A stretch of 64,000 nt of DNA from Candidatus Enterousia avicola (GTDB lineage: Bacteria; Pseudomonadota; Alphaproteobacteria; Rs-D84): contig DVNO01000021.1 of assembly GCA_018714345.1 (NCBI GenBank), forward strand, positions 4,683 through 68,682. The letters are read 5' to 3'. Numbering within the stretch: position 1 is the stretch's first letter; each line of letters begins with the position of its first letter. A model generated the notes under the pieces. The model was not told the origin of the DNA and did not search any database. It saw only the letters and a list, made by a program, of their open reading frames with translations. Made by a program: the position numbers and the translations under genes. Below are positions 37,483 through 45,651 of the stretch, in pieces.

Positions 37483-37574
37483 ACTTCGTCACCTTGCAAA
37501 ATCACCTAACGGTGACCGGCGTAATTCCGCCTTTTTGCTGCGGTTCGAACCTTCCACACAGGCTCGCTTCCTGT

Positions 37575-37650
37575 TGGTATCCCCAACAGGAATCGAACCT
37601 GTATCAAAGGTTTAGGAAACCTCTATTCTATCCAGTTGAACTATGGGGAC
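37575..37650 (-). tRNA. tRNA-Arg(CCU)
   Basis: The reverse complement folds as acceptor gtcccca/tggggat, anticodon stem gaggt/acctt with loop ttCCTaa, T-arm acagg-ttcgatt-cctgt, and encoded CCA. Confidence 0.9.
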
Positions 37651-37742
37651 AACGAACTATATTTTATTCACAGATTTTAATATTGCAAGTTGTAATATTG
37701 ACTTGTATAATACCCCGCGTCAAAATAAAAGGAAAGGAATTC

Positions 37743-38681
37743 ATGGGAAATAGATTAATAGGTTATGGTTCTTATTTACCAGAAAAAATAGTAAATAATC
37801 ATGATCTTGAAAAAATAGTCGACACTTCCGACGAATGGATTGTTCAACGTACGGGTATGCGGGAACGGCATTTCGCAAAAGATGACGAAACTGTCGTAGA
37901 TATGGCAACAATTGCTGCTCAAAGGGCTTTGGAAAACGCTCATCTATCAATAAATGATATTGACATGTTGATTGTTGCAACGACATCCCCAGAACTGGAC
38001 TTCCCATCAGTTGGTGTTCAAATATTAGGCAGACTTGGTGCAACAAATAACGCACCCGCATTTGATGTTCGTGGGGCGTGCACCGGTTATATTTACGCAC
38101 TGCATTGCGCACGTGCTTTCTTTACTGCTGGTATGCATAAAAGAATTATGATTGTCGGTGCAGAAAAAATGACTCGCTTTATTGACTGGAGCGATCGAAG
38201 CACAGCAGTACTTTTCGGCGATGGTGCTGGGGCTTTAATATTTGAGCATTCTACATCAAGTTATTCGGGTATAATTGATACGGTTGTAATGTCTGATGGT
38301 AAAGAAATGGGCATGTTATACGGTACACCAGATCATCACATAATGATGAACGGACCAGAGACATATAAAAAAGCCGTAACTCTTATGCCAGAGGCAGCAA
38401 ATTATATTATGGAGCATGCAGGAATTACCGCTGATAATGTTGATTGGATTGTTCCACATCAAGCTAATTTGCGCATTATTCAAAGTGGCGCACAACGTCT
38501 TGGGTTCCCGCTAGAAAAAATTTTAGTCACAGTGGACAAACATGCTAATACAAGTGGCGCATCAGGAGTACTTGCATTGGCCTATGCTTTTGATAATAAT
38601 ATAATAAAGAAAGGACAGCTCGTCTTATACCCTGCATTCGGCAGTGGTTTAACGTGGGGCGCAGCATTAATTAGGGTATAA
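37743..38681 (+). CDS. fabH: 3-oxoacyl-ACP synthase III
   Basis: The start is set at MGNRLIGYGSYLPEKIVNNHDLEKIVDTSDEWIVQRTGMRERH (RBS aaaggaaagg). Active-site Cys context RGACTGYIYAL, plus HQAN and GSG motifs. The upstream part of the long ORF overlaps tRNA-Arg and is not coding. Confidence 0.9.
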   Translation: MGNRLIGYGSYLPEKIVNNHDLEKIVDTSDEWIVQRTGMRERHFAKDDETVVDMATIAAQRALENAHLSINDIDMLIVATTSPELDFPSVGVQILGRLGATNNAPAFDVRGACTGYIYALHCARAFFTAGMHKRIMIVGAEKMTRFIDWSDRSTAVLFGDGAGALIFEHSTSSYSGIIDTVVMSDGKEMGMLYGTPDHHIMMNGPETYKKAVTLMPEAANYIMEHAGITADNVDWIVPHQANLRIIQSGAQRLGFPLEKILVTVDKHANTSGASGVLALAYAFDNNIIKKGQLVLYPAFGSGLTWGAALIRV

Positions 38682-38684
38682 AAA

Positions 38685-38972
38685 ATGGCTACTATAACCA
38701 GAAATGATTTTGCAAACCGTTTGCGTGAACGTTTCGGTCTGACAACAGCTGATGCGTTTAAGCTGGTCGATATAGTTTTTGATGAAATCAGCGAATCTTT
38801 GATTCATGGTGAAGAAGTAAAATTTGCTGGCTTTGGCAGTTTTAAGATTTTAACCAAGGCTCAAAGAATGGGACGTAATCCAAAAACTGGCGAACCAGCT
38901 GTAATATCAGCTAGACGGGTTGCTTCTTTTAGACCAAGTAATGAATTTAGAAAAAGGGTCGCAAAAAAATAA
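38685..38972 (+). CDS. ihfA: integration host factor alpha subunit (HU/IHF family)
   Basis: 95 aa with GFGSFKILTKAQRMGRNPKTGEPAVISARRVASFRPS. It lies immediately after fabH, as in many Alphaproteobacteria. Confidence 0.8.
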   Translation: MATITRNDFANRLRERFGLTTADAFKLVDIVFDEISESLIHGEEVKFAGFGSFKILTKAQRMGRNPKTGEPAVISARRVASFRPSNEFRKRVAKK

Positions 38973-38980
38973 TAAAAATG

Positions 38981-39004
38981 CCGGCAAATGCCGGTGTTTT
39001 TTAT
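38981..39004 (+). terminator. rho-independent terminator after ihfA
   Basis: Hairpin ccggc-aaat-gccgg followed by tgtttttt. Confidence 0.6.
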
Positions 39005-39062
39005 TTATTGATAAATTGTGTGCACACAGTTAATATTATCTTGAAATAAGAAAGGATGTGGC

Positions 39063-40148
39063 ATGAAAATATACGAACAAACAGAATTAGATTTTAAAGA
39101 TGTGTTGGTAAAACCAAAACGCTCGTTCATAAATTCTAGGTCAGAGGTAGAAATAACACGAGAATATAAATTCAAATGGTGTCCAAGAAAAATAGTAGGC
39201 ACTGGTATAATCTCGTCTAATATGGCAACTGTTGGAACATTTGAAGTTGCAAAACACATGATGCAAAATAAAATGTTTTGTTGTCTTCACAAACACTATC
39301 CAGTTGAAGATTTAATAAAATTTATAACTGAAAATGATTGTCGCGATTATATATTTCTTTCGATGGGATTGCGAGAAGAAGACTATGCAAAAATAGAAAA
39401 AATTCTTACAGAATTTCCCGACAAATGCCGGAATATTTGCATAGATGTACCAAACGCTTATATCCCACGTGTAAAGGAACTGGTTATAAAAATGCGCAAA
39501 CAGTTTCCCGACATTTTATTAATGGTTGGCAACGCTGTAACGGCAGAATTAGTAGAAGACTTGATTCTGTCTGGCGCAGATATTGTTAAATGCGGCATAG
39601 GCAGTGGCAGTGCTTGTATAACCCGCAGAATAACCGGTGTTGGCCGGCCACAGTTATCTACTATTTTTGAATGTGCAGATACCGCCCATGGCATTGGCGG
39701 AATGATATGCAGTGATGGCGGCGTGGTTTATATCGGAGATATATGTAAAGCATTCGGTGCTGGTGCGGATTTCGTAATGATGGGCGGCTTTTATGCCGGC
39801 TGTGAAGAAGCCGCAGGCGACATAATAGAAAAAACTTACCTGACAGATCAGATTGATACTGAGACTGGTGAAAGACTGAAAACAACAAAAAAGTTCAAGA
39901 TTTTTTATGGTATGTCTTCTGAATACGCCCAGAACAAACACTATCATGGTATGCCAAAATATCGTGCAAGCGAGGGTCGCGTTGTAGAGGTTCCTTTAAA
40001 GGGTTCTATTGACAGAATGAATCAAGACATACTTGGTGGCCTGCGCTCTTACATGACATACATAGGCGCAAGACGCTTAAAAGACGTTTCGAAATGCACG
40101 ACTTTTTATAGGGTAAATACTCAATTAAATACCGTTTTTGGAGAATGA
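39063..40148 (+). CDS. guaC: GMP reductase (IMPDH/GMPR family)
   Basis: 361 aa with LDFKDVLVKPKRS...SRSEVEI, NMATVGTFEVA, VKCGIGSGSACITR (catalytic Cys loop) and GADFVMMGG. No CBS insert. Confidence 0.8.
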   Translation: MKIYEQTELDFKDVLVKPKRSFINSRSEVEITREYKFKWCPRKIVGTGIISSNMATVGTFEVAKHMMQNKMFCCLHKHYPVEDLIKFITENDCRDYIFLSMGLREEDYAKIEKILTEFPDKCRNICIDVPNAYIPRVKELVIKMRKQFPDILLMVGNAVTAELVEDLILSGADIVKCGIGSGSACITRRITGVGRPQLSTIFECADTAHGIGGMICSDGGVVYIGDICKAFGAGADFVMMGGFYAGCEEAAGDIIEKTYLTDQIDTETGERLKTTKKFKIFYGMSSEYAQNKHYHGMPKYRASEGRVVEVPLKGSIDRMNQDILGGLRSYMTYIGARRLKDVSKCTTFYRVNTQLNTVFGE

Positions 40149-40176
40149 AAAAAGCCCCGTAAAAAGGGGCTTTTTT
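40149..40176. terminator. bidirectional terminator
   Basis: Hairpin gcccc-gtaaaaa-ggggc with flanking A-run and T-run. Confidence 0.6.
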
Positions 40177-41767
40177 AAACGAACTTTTCTGGAACCAGAT
40201 TCGTTATTATTTTAAATGCGCGACGAAAAACAGATGTATCTGGGCTATGATGATATACACGTGGTTTCTTATCACCAGGGCGCATTCCAGTCCAAACAGG
40301 CGAATCATCTTCTATCGTTACACGCCACGATGTCTTTGTGTCTTGGATTATCATTTCTCTTAGCTTGTTCGCAAATTCTTTACTTTCAAAAATAGCCACG
40401 TTCTCTGTGTTATAGTATGCACTACGTGGGTCTAGGTTAAAACTGCCTATCCAAGAAATATCATCGTCAAACACTATGGTTTTGCTATGCAGAACAGAAA
40501 AACTTGATTGTTTACGCTCTCTATCATGCTCTTTGCCACGTAAGTTTTCCGCAGAAAGCATAAACTCATAAACGTCTGCACCAGATTCTATCAATTGCTT
40601 TCTGTATTTTTCCCACTTTGCGTAAACAGTAGGCGCATTCGTAGATGCCAAAGAATTAGTAACTATCGTCATATGAACACCAGATTTTTCTTCGTGCAAC
40701 ATATGCTCTAAACCACCCTCGCCAGGAACAAAATATGCGGCAGACATATAAACCGAATCTTTGGTTCTATCCCACAAATGCTGTAATGCCTGAATTATAT
40801 CACCACGATATAATCCTTTCTCTTCCATCGTCATTTCTACTTTAGAAGGTGGGTCCGCTAAGAACTTTCCATGCCCCCAACTGAAATCAAAATTTTTCTT
40901 CTTGTACTCGTTCTGTGCAAGAGAAATAATTTTATTATACTCTCTTATTGCCTCGGCACTTTTCTCTTCTATCTCGTCAAACTTTTTTTCAAGTTTTCTT
41001 AGCTCTCGTTTTGATTTAGCCTTTGGAAATACAGACGCAGGAATTGCTAAATGATAATTCCAATACTCGTCAAAACTTGCCGTTGCATATTTCGTCATGT
41101 CCCCTATGAACAAAACGTCTGTGTCGGAAAAGTTAGAAGCCGTTTCAGGATAGAAATAATTACTGCCAACGTTACGCCCACCTGTTATATAGGCAACGTT
41201 ATCAACTATGAATAACTTGTTATGCATTCTGGAATTTAAGCGGTTAAAATCCAATAAAAACTGTGGGTAATACAAAAGTTTTGCACGATTGGCAACAGGA
41301 TTAAAAACTTTCACTTCTATGTTAGGATGCTGGTTTAACAACATAACATCGACTATGTCAGATTTTGTGCCATAGTCGTCTAGTAAAATTCTTATTTTTA
41401 CACCACGGTCGGCCGCACGCTTTAATTCCCCTATTAAAACCCTCGAAGAAAAGTCATTACTGTAAATGTACGTCTGTAAATCTATCGTTTTGGTTGCCAT
41501 ACGTGCAAAAGCCGCACGAATCACAAACGCAGATAAACCGTCTTCGATTAGCGTTGCACCACTTATTTCTGGATCTTTCGAAAGCTCTTTTGAATAGCAC
41601 TGAGCTATTGGTGTTTCCATAGGATTATAATTGAAATCTGAGGCGGTAACTTTTGGGCTATAATTTGACAACCTCTCGTCTGTGGTAGAAATAGGTATAG
41701 TCGTGCACCCCATAAAAGGAAGAGTAAAAATAAACAAAGAAACCTTTTTTAACAAGGACAATTGCAT
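40175..41767 (-). CDS. phospholipase D / cardiolipin synthase-like lipoprotein (two HKD motifs)
   Basis: The start is set at MQLSLLKKVSLFIFTLPFMGC (lipobox). HKD motifs HNKLFIVDN..GGRN and LHSKTIVFDD..GSFN. Confidence 0.8.
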   Translation of the reverse strand: MQLSLLKKVSLFIFTLPFMGCTTIPISTTDERLSNYSPKVTASDFNYNPMETPIAQCYSKELSKDPEISGATLIEDGLSAFVIRAAFARMATKTIDLQTYIYSNDFSSRVLIGELKRAADRGVKIRILLDDYGTKSDIVDVMLLNQHPNIEVKVFNPVANRAKLLYYPQFLLDFNRLNSRMHNKLFIVDNVAYITGGRNVGSNYFYPETASNFSDTDVLFIGDMTKYATASFDEYWNYHLAIPASVFPKAKSKRELRKLEKKFDEIEEKSAEAIREYNKIISLAQNEYKKKNFDFSWGHGKFLADPPSKVEMTMEEKGLYRGDIIQALQHLWDRTKDSVYMSAAYFVPGEGGLEHMLHEEKSGVHMTIVTNSLASTNAPTVYAKWEKYRKQLIESGADVYEFMLSAENLRGKEHDRERKQSSFSVLHSKTIVFDDDISWIGSFNLDPRSAYYNTENVAIFESKEFANKLREMIIQDTKTSWRVTIEDDSPVWTGMRPGDKKPRVYHHSPDTSVFRRAFKIITNLVPEKFV

Positions 41768-41970
41768 AACCTTTCTTTTTATTGCCGGTTTAATATACAA
41801 TATACGCAAAAATCTGTCAATTTCATTAAAAAACTGTACAACAAGAAGTAAAACCCATCCCTTGAAAGCACTAAAATAAATATGAAAAAATAGTTGATTG
41901 TTCTATTTTTTCATTTGCGTGATTTTGTGCAATATGATAAAATTATCTGTAATAGAAGGGAAGTTTTAGC

Positions 41971-44346
41971 ATGAAAAGATTAGTTGCTGTACTTAGTAGT
42001 TTACTTGTTTTACCAGCTTTTGCCGAGGTTGCACCTGAATATTACTATCAAGAATTGATGGCTCAATATGCAGATGAAATGCCTGTGACAGAGTTTGTAG
42101 AAGAAGAAGTGGCAACAGAACCGACTGAGGCAGAAACTAAGGATAACACCCCTGTTGTTCCTGCGGCAGTTAGTCCAAGAACGGCAACAGGTCGTGCAAC
42201 AACATCACGTGCTATAACGTCTGCGACGACATCTTCTGCTCGTAATGTGGCATCACGCAATATTTCTAATGCAACAACTGCAAGAACTGTTAGCGCACGA
42301 CCATCGACAGTGTCCAGCACTACAACAACGACACGTCCGACAACAACCGCTTCACGTAGCGCAGTTAACCGAACGACTGGGGCAACAACTACGGCCCGCT
42401 CGACCGCTGCAACAACAGTTACCAATCGTCCAGCAACAACAGTTCGTTCAACTGGCACAAAAACAACGGCAGCAGCTCAGCAGAATTTAACAACAAGAGC
42501 GTCGGGCACGAATACTAACAATACTGCACGTGCTTCTATTGTCCAGACAGATACAGTTAACACACCTTTGTATGTCAGCAGCAGGGTTGGCGTTAACAGC
42601 ACATCAAATGTTTCAACACGTGTGCCAACAATTCGCGTAGGTTCAACGACAACAACTACCAATACGACAGAATCTACATCTTCTGCGACATCAATAGATG
42701 AATTGGCGCAGTTGACGGACTATTGCAAGGCTCAGTACACTGCCTGTATGGATAACTTCTGTAATGTTTTGGACGATAATCAGGGGCGTTGCAGCTGCAG
42801 TGCAAATTTATCTAATTATGCTGAAACAGAAGACGCACTAAAGAAAGCAACAGAAAGTTTACAAGATGTTGCGCAACAAATTCAATATATTGGCTTAACG
42901 TCTGATGAAGTTGAATCTTTGTTCACACAGACAGAAGCCGAATTAGAAATGCAGACAAGTACAGACAGCAGTCAGTTAAAAAATTCTTTGGATAAGATAA
43001 AAGATATGATTGTCGAGGTACAGGGTGGGACATCTACATCTTCCAATACGGGGCTAAGTTTTGATTTGTCTGGATTGTTAGATTTTTCAATCGATAGTAC
43101 AGGTTTCGATTTAAGCTCATTCTTAGGAATGTCGTCTAATACCGGCAGCATAAGCAATCAACGTGGTGAACAGCTTTACAAAACAGCAACTGCACGCTGT
43201 AAGGCATCGGTATTAAACAGTTGCTCTGCCCAAGGCGTCGATATAAATGTTATAACAAATTCGTACGATTTGGAAATAGATAAGGCATGTATAGCATACG
43301 AAAGATCTTTAACAGAATCTAACGACCAAATGGCATCAACGGTTCGCAACGCGAAAAGCGTTTTACAACGTGCTCGCCTATTAGTCGCCCAACAGAAAAA
43401 TGCTTATGATTTACGTGAATGCGTAAGCGAATTAGACAACTGTATGCAAGATGACTTCGTTTGCGGTGATGATTATGAAAACTGCCTTGATCCAACCGGA
43501 AAATATATCGTTAACGGGGAAATTGTCGTCGGCAGCGAACCCGGCAAACCATCGGACACAAGTGCGTCAATATATCAAATGTGGTCATATAAAAACGGAA
43601 CCAAGAATGCTTGGACCGATGGCGGAACACTTGGTGAATACATAGACTCAACCGTTACCGCATCACTTCCTAGCCAAAGCACAACGTCAAGTATATCAGA
43701 ATACCTACAAAACAAAATAGGTTATCATAGTGATTCAGATGGGAAAAATTATGGTATGTGCGTATCTGTTCTAAATAAATGTCAAGACATTACATATACT
43801 GGCACAGGTCAAAACGCAAAATATAACCCACAAAACAACGTAATAAAGGAATATTTGAACAGAACATTGGTACAAATAAAAGCTGCTCAGGATACAGTAT
43901 TATCAGATTATGCAGAAGATTGTATTACGGACGTATCTTCTTGCTTGGCCCAGAATAATTACAATTCTACCAATCCGGTTACTACAACAATTGCGATAAA
44001 TGCTTGCAAATCTGTAATAACTACATGCATGTCAGTAAATGGTGCCGAGGGTCAAACAGAAGCGGAATGGGTAGGCAACATGCTGAATAGCGCAACTTGT
44101 CCATCGGGTTCACAAGGCACATACCCGAACTGCCTATGCGATGGAAATAAGGCTTATATGCCATCTAAAAACGAATGTTGGGCTTGTCCAGAAGAACATG
44201 GCCACAATTCCTCTGATAACAAACCACCATCCTGTAAATGTGCCCAAGGTTATACATACGACCTATCAACAAATAAGTGTGTTATGAGCAAAGCGGAAGT
44301 GTCAGGCAGTATAAAAGATGATGATTTAGAAATTAAAACACCATAA
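41971..44346 (+). CDS. secreted protein with Thr/Ser/Arg/Ala low-complexity region and Cys-rich C-terminal part
   Basis: Signal peptide MKRLVAVLSSLLVLPAFA. About 180 aa of T/S/R/A repeats (aa about 60-240). Many paired Cys afterwards, including CPSGSQGTYPNCLCDG..CWACPEE..CKCAQGYTYDLSTNKC. Confidence 0.6.
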   Translation: MKRLVAVLSSLLVLPAFAEVAPEYYYQELMAQYADEMPVTEFVEEEVATEPTEAETKDNTPVVPAAVSPRTATGRATTSRAITSATTSSARNVASRNISNATTARTVSARPSTVSSTTTTTRPTTTASRSAVNRTTGATTTARSTAATTVTNRPATTVRSTGTKTTAAAQQNLTTRASGTNTNNTARASIVQTDTVNTPLYVSSRVGVNSTSNVSTRVPTIRVGSTTTTTNTTESTSSATSIDELAQLTDYCKAQYTACMDNFCNVLDDNQGRCSCSANLSNYAETEDALKKATESLQDVAQQIQYIGLTSDEVESLFTQTEAELEMQTSTDSSQLKNSLDKIKDMIVEVQGGTSTSSNTGLSFDLSGLLDFSIDSTGFDLSSFLGMSSNTGSISNQRGEQLYKTATARCKASVLNSCSAQGVDINVITNSYDLEIDKACIAYERSLTESNDQMASTVRNAKSVLQRARLLVAQQKNAYDLRECVSELDNCMQDDFVCGDDYENCLDPTGKYIVNGEIVVGSEPGKPSDTSASIYQMWSYKNGTKNAWTDGGTLGEYIDSTVTASLPSQSTTSSISEYLQNKIGYHSDSDGKNYGMCVSVLNKCQDITYTGTGQNAKYNPQNNVIKEYLNRTLVQIKAAQDTVLSDYAEDCITDVSSCLAQNNYNSTNPVTTTIAINACKSVITTCMSVNGAEGQTEAEWVGNMLNSATCPSGSQGTYPNCLCDGNKAYMPSKNECWACPEEHGHNSSDNKPPSCKCAQGYTYDLSTNKCVMSKAEVSGSIKDDDLEIKTP

Positions 44347-44374
44347 AAAATCCCCATAAAATGGGGATTTTTTA
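44347..44374. terminator. bidirectional terminator between the 791-aa gene and mraZ
   Basis: Hairpin atcccc-ataaaat-ggggat with flanking A-run and T-run. Confidence 0.65.
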
Positions 44375-44391
44375 TTGCTTAACAAAAACTA

Positions 44392-44835
44392 TTAAATCAC
44401 AAGATTTGGGCGAGATGCGCGCAGGTTATTTAAGGAATTGTCCTGGACTTTCTTAAATTCATCTGGATTCCATATCTGAAAACTGTTTCCACGGCCAACA
44501 AACAATGCACTATCCTTAATACCAGCATGTTTTAATAAATCTTCTGGTATAACTATACGCCCCGTCACATCAAATGCCAATGGTCGTGCATCAGCAAATA
44601 ACAATGCAGACAAATCATCAAGGTTACTATCAAAAACACCCATTTTGTCTGTTGCTGATGCCAGTTGCTCCATCCTGGACATCGACAGACCTTCTATACA
44701 ATTATGTGTAAAAGAACGGTATAAAACAACACCAACAAACTTTTCTGACGCAACTGAAGCCCGGAAAGACGCAGGAACAGATATGCGCCCTTTGGTATCC
44801 AAACGATTTTCATAAGATGAGAGAAACAATGACAT
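44392..44835 (-). CDS. mraZ: transcriptional regulator MraZ
   Basis: 147 aa with two SpoVT/AbrB-like halves: LDTKGRISVPASFR and DVTGRIVIPEDLLKHAGI. Confidence 0.85.
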   Translation of the reverse strand: MSLFLSSYENRLDTKGRISVPASFRASVASEKFVGVVLYRSFTHNCIEGLSMSRMEQLASATDKMGVFDSNLDDLSALLFADARPLAFDVTGRIVIPEDLLKHAGIKDSALFVGRGNSFQIWNPDEFKKVQDNSLNNLRASRPNLVI

Positions 44836-44889
44836 TTTCGGTCCTTGTTTTGGGCTTCTACCCCAGTGCCTTTCCTTAGCTTCACCAGA

Positions 44890-44918
44890 AATTTAGCACG
44901 GCATTTTATGGTTGTCAA
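44890..44918 (-). promoter_or_regulatory. putative mraZ promoter
   Basis: On the minus strand: TTGACA (44918..44913), 17-nt spacer, TAAATT (44895..44890), about 55 nt upstream of the mraZ ATG. Confidence 0.45.
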
Positions 44919-44952
44919 TGACAATTTATAATCATTTTATGGTATTTTATGG
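44903..44952. promoter_or_regulatory. three attttatgg (ccataaaat) boxes, candidate MraZ operator
   Basis: Exact 9-mers at 44903..44911 (inside the promoter spacer), 44934..44942 and 44944..44952 (10-bp phasing). A near copy (tattttatgc) lies at 45000. Confidence 0.4.
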
Positions 44953-45212
44953 TTTTACAAGTAAAATCATACTATTTTTAAATAAAATAAAAATAATTGT
45001 ATTTTATGCTTGACGCGCGATTCGTTTTTGTTCTAAGATGTTTGTATAGACAAGGAGAAAAGATTTTAAAGCCTCAGAAAACCGCTAAAATACTGGGGTT
45101 TTAACAAAAAAAGCAAAATAATCGAGAAATCAAATCTAATTTTTGTAAATACTTATGTACATACAAAAAAATAGTAGATTTTTCACAAAAACCCGAAAGG
45201 AGGGACCGCACA

Positions 45213-45548
45213 ATGTCAAAATCTATAAAAGAAATTATGATTGCTTTAAATCAAGTTTTAACAACTACGGTTTGGGTTAATGAAGACAGACAGATTATTT
45301 CCTTGGCCGATGAATTACAAATTGGCCATAACAATGCACCACGCTCAATAGAAGACTTACCTCGTCCATCTTTGGTCGGTGCGTATGTATCCTTACAAAT
45401 AAGAACAGATAATTTTGACGTAGCCGCAGAAACGTTGGAGACAAAAACATTAGCTTTACGTGTAAAAGAAATGGTTTTTGCAGAAGCGAAAAAGATAATG
45501 GATGCGGCAGACGTAACTGTCACAAGCAAAGTAGCTCGCGCCGCATAA
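45213..45548 (+). CDS. hypothetical protein
   Basis: 111-aa ORF with a strong RBS (gaaaggagggaccgcacaATG). No recognisable motif. A hairpin terminator follows at about 45616..45650. Confidence 0.45.
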   Translation: MSKSIKEIMIALNQVLTTTVWVNEDRQIISLADELQIGHNNAPRSIEDLPRPSLVGAYVSLQIRTDNFDVAAETLETKTLALRVKEMVFAEAKKIMDAADVTVTSKVARAA

Positions 45549-45651
45549 GACATAAAAAATCGCGGTCTATTCGGGCTAAAAAAGTTTCTGGGGAACCAGA
45601 AGGAAGGGGGAAGTTACCGGCAAGTAATTGCCGGTAATCATTTTTATATAG

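Noticed and set aside
37483-37574. tRNA-like or tmRNA-like gene suggested by ggttcgaacc and hairpins next to tRNA-Arg
   Set aside because: No cloverleaf can be drawn: there is no T-stem complementary to the flanks of ggttcgaacc, no acceptor pairing, and no tag-ORF or tmRNA 3' end. I kept it only as an att-scar observation.
37494-37742. N-terminal 83-aa extension of the fabH ORF in the supplied track
   Set aside because: The extension runs antisense across tRNA-Arg(CCU) and its 3'-end repeat. A canonical FabH N-terminus with a good RBS begins at 37743.
37081-39004. Identical hairpin ccggcaaatgccgg at 37081 and 38981 (and similar ccggc/gccgg hairpins at 962 and about 45620) as a possible REP-like dispersed repeat family
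   Set aside because: Each copy sits exactly at a gene end with flanking A/T runs and is only about 14 bp. This is adequately explained as convergent, similar intrinsic terminators. Genome-wide counting would be needed to claim a repeat family.
42063-42662. Antisense ORFs (131 aa, 61 aa) and a +2 frame ORF (81 aa) inside the Thr/Ser-rich region of the 791-aa gene
   Set aside because: These are artefacts of the biased ACN/GCN/CGN codon repeats. The translations are Val/Arg/Ala homopolymer-like, with no start context.
45010-45212. Possible promoter (TTGACG-18-TAAGAT at about 45010..45039) with a 170-nt leader upstream of the 111-aa ORF, considered as a riboswitch or sRNA
   Set aside because: The spacer length is suboptimal, the leader is A/T-rich without convincing conserved stems, and I cannot match it to any known riboswitch class from sequence alone.
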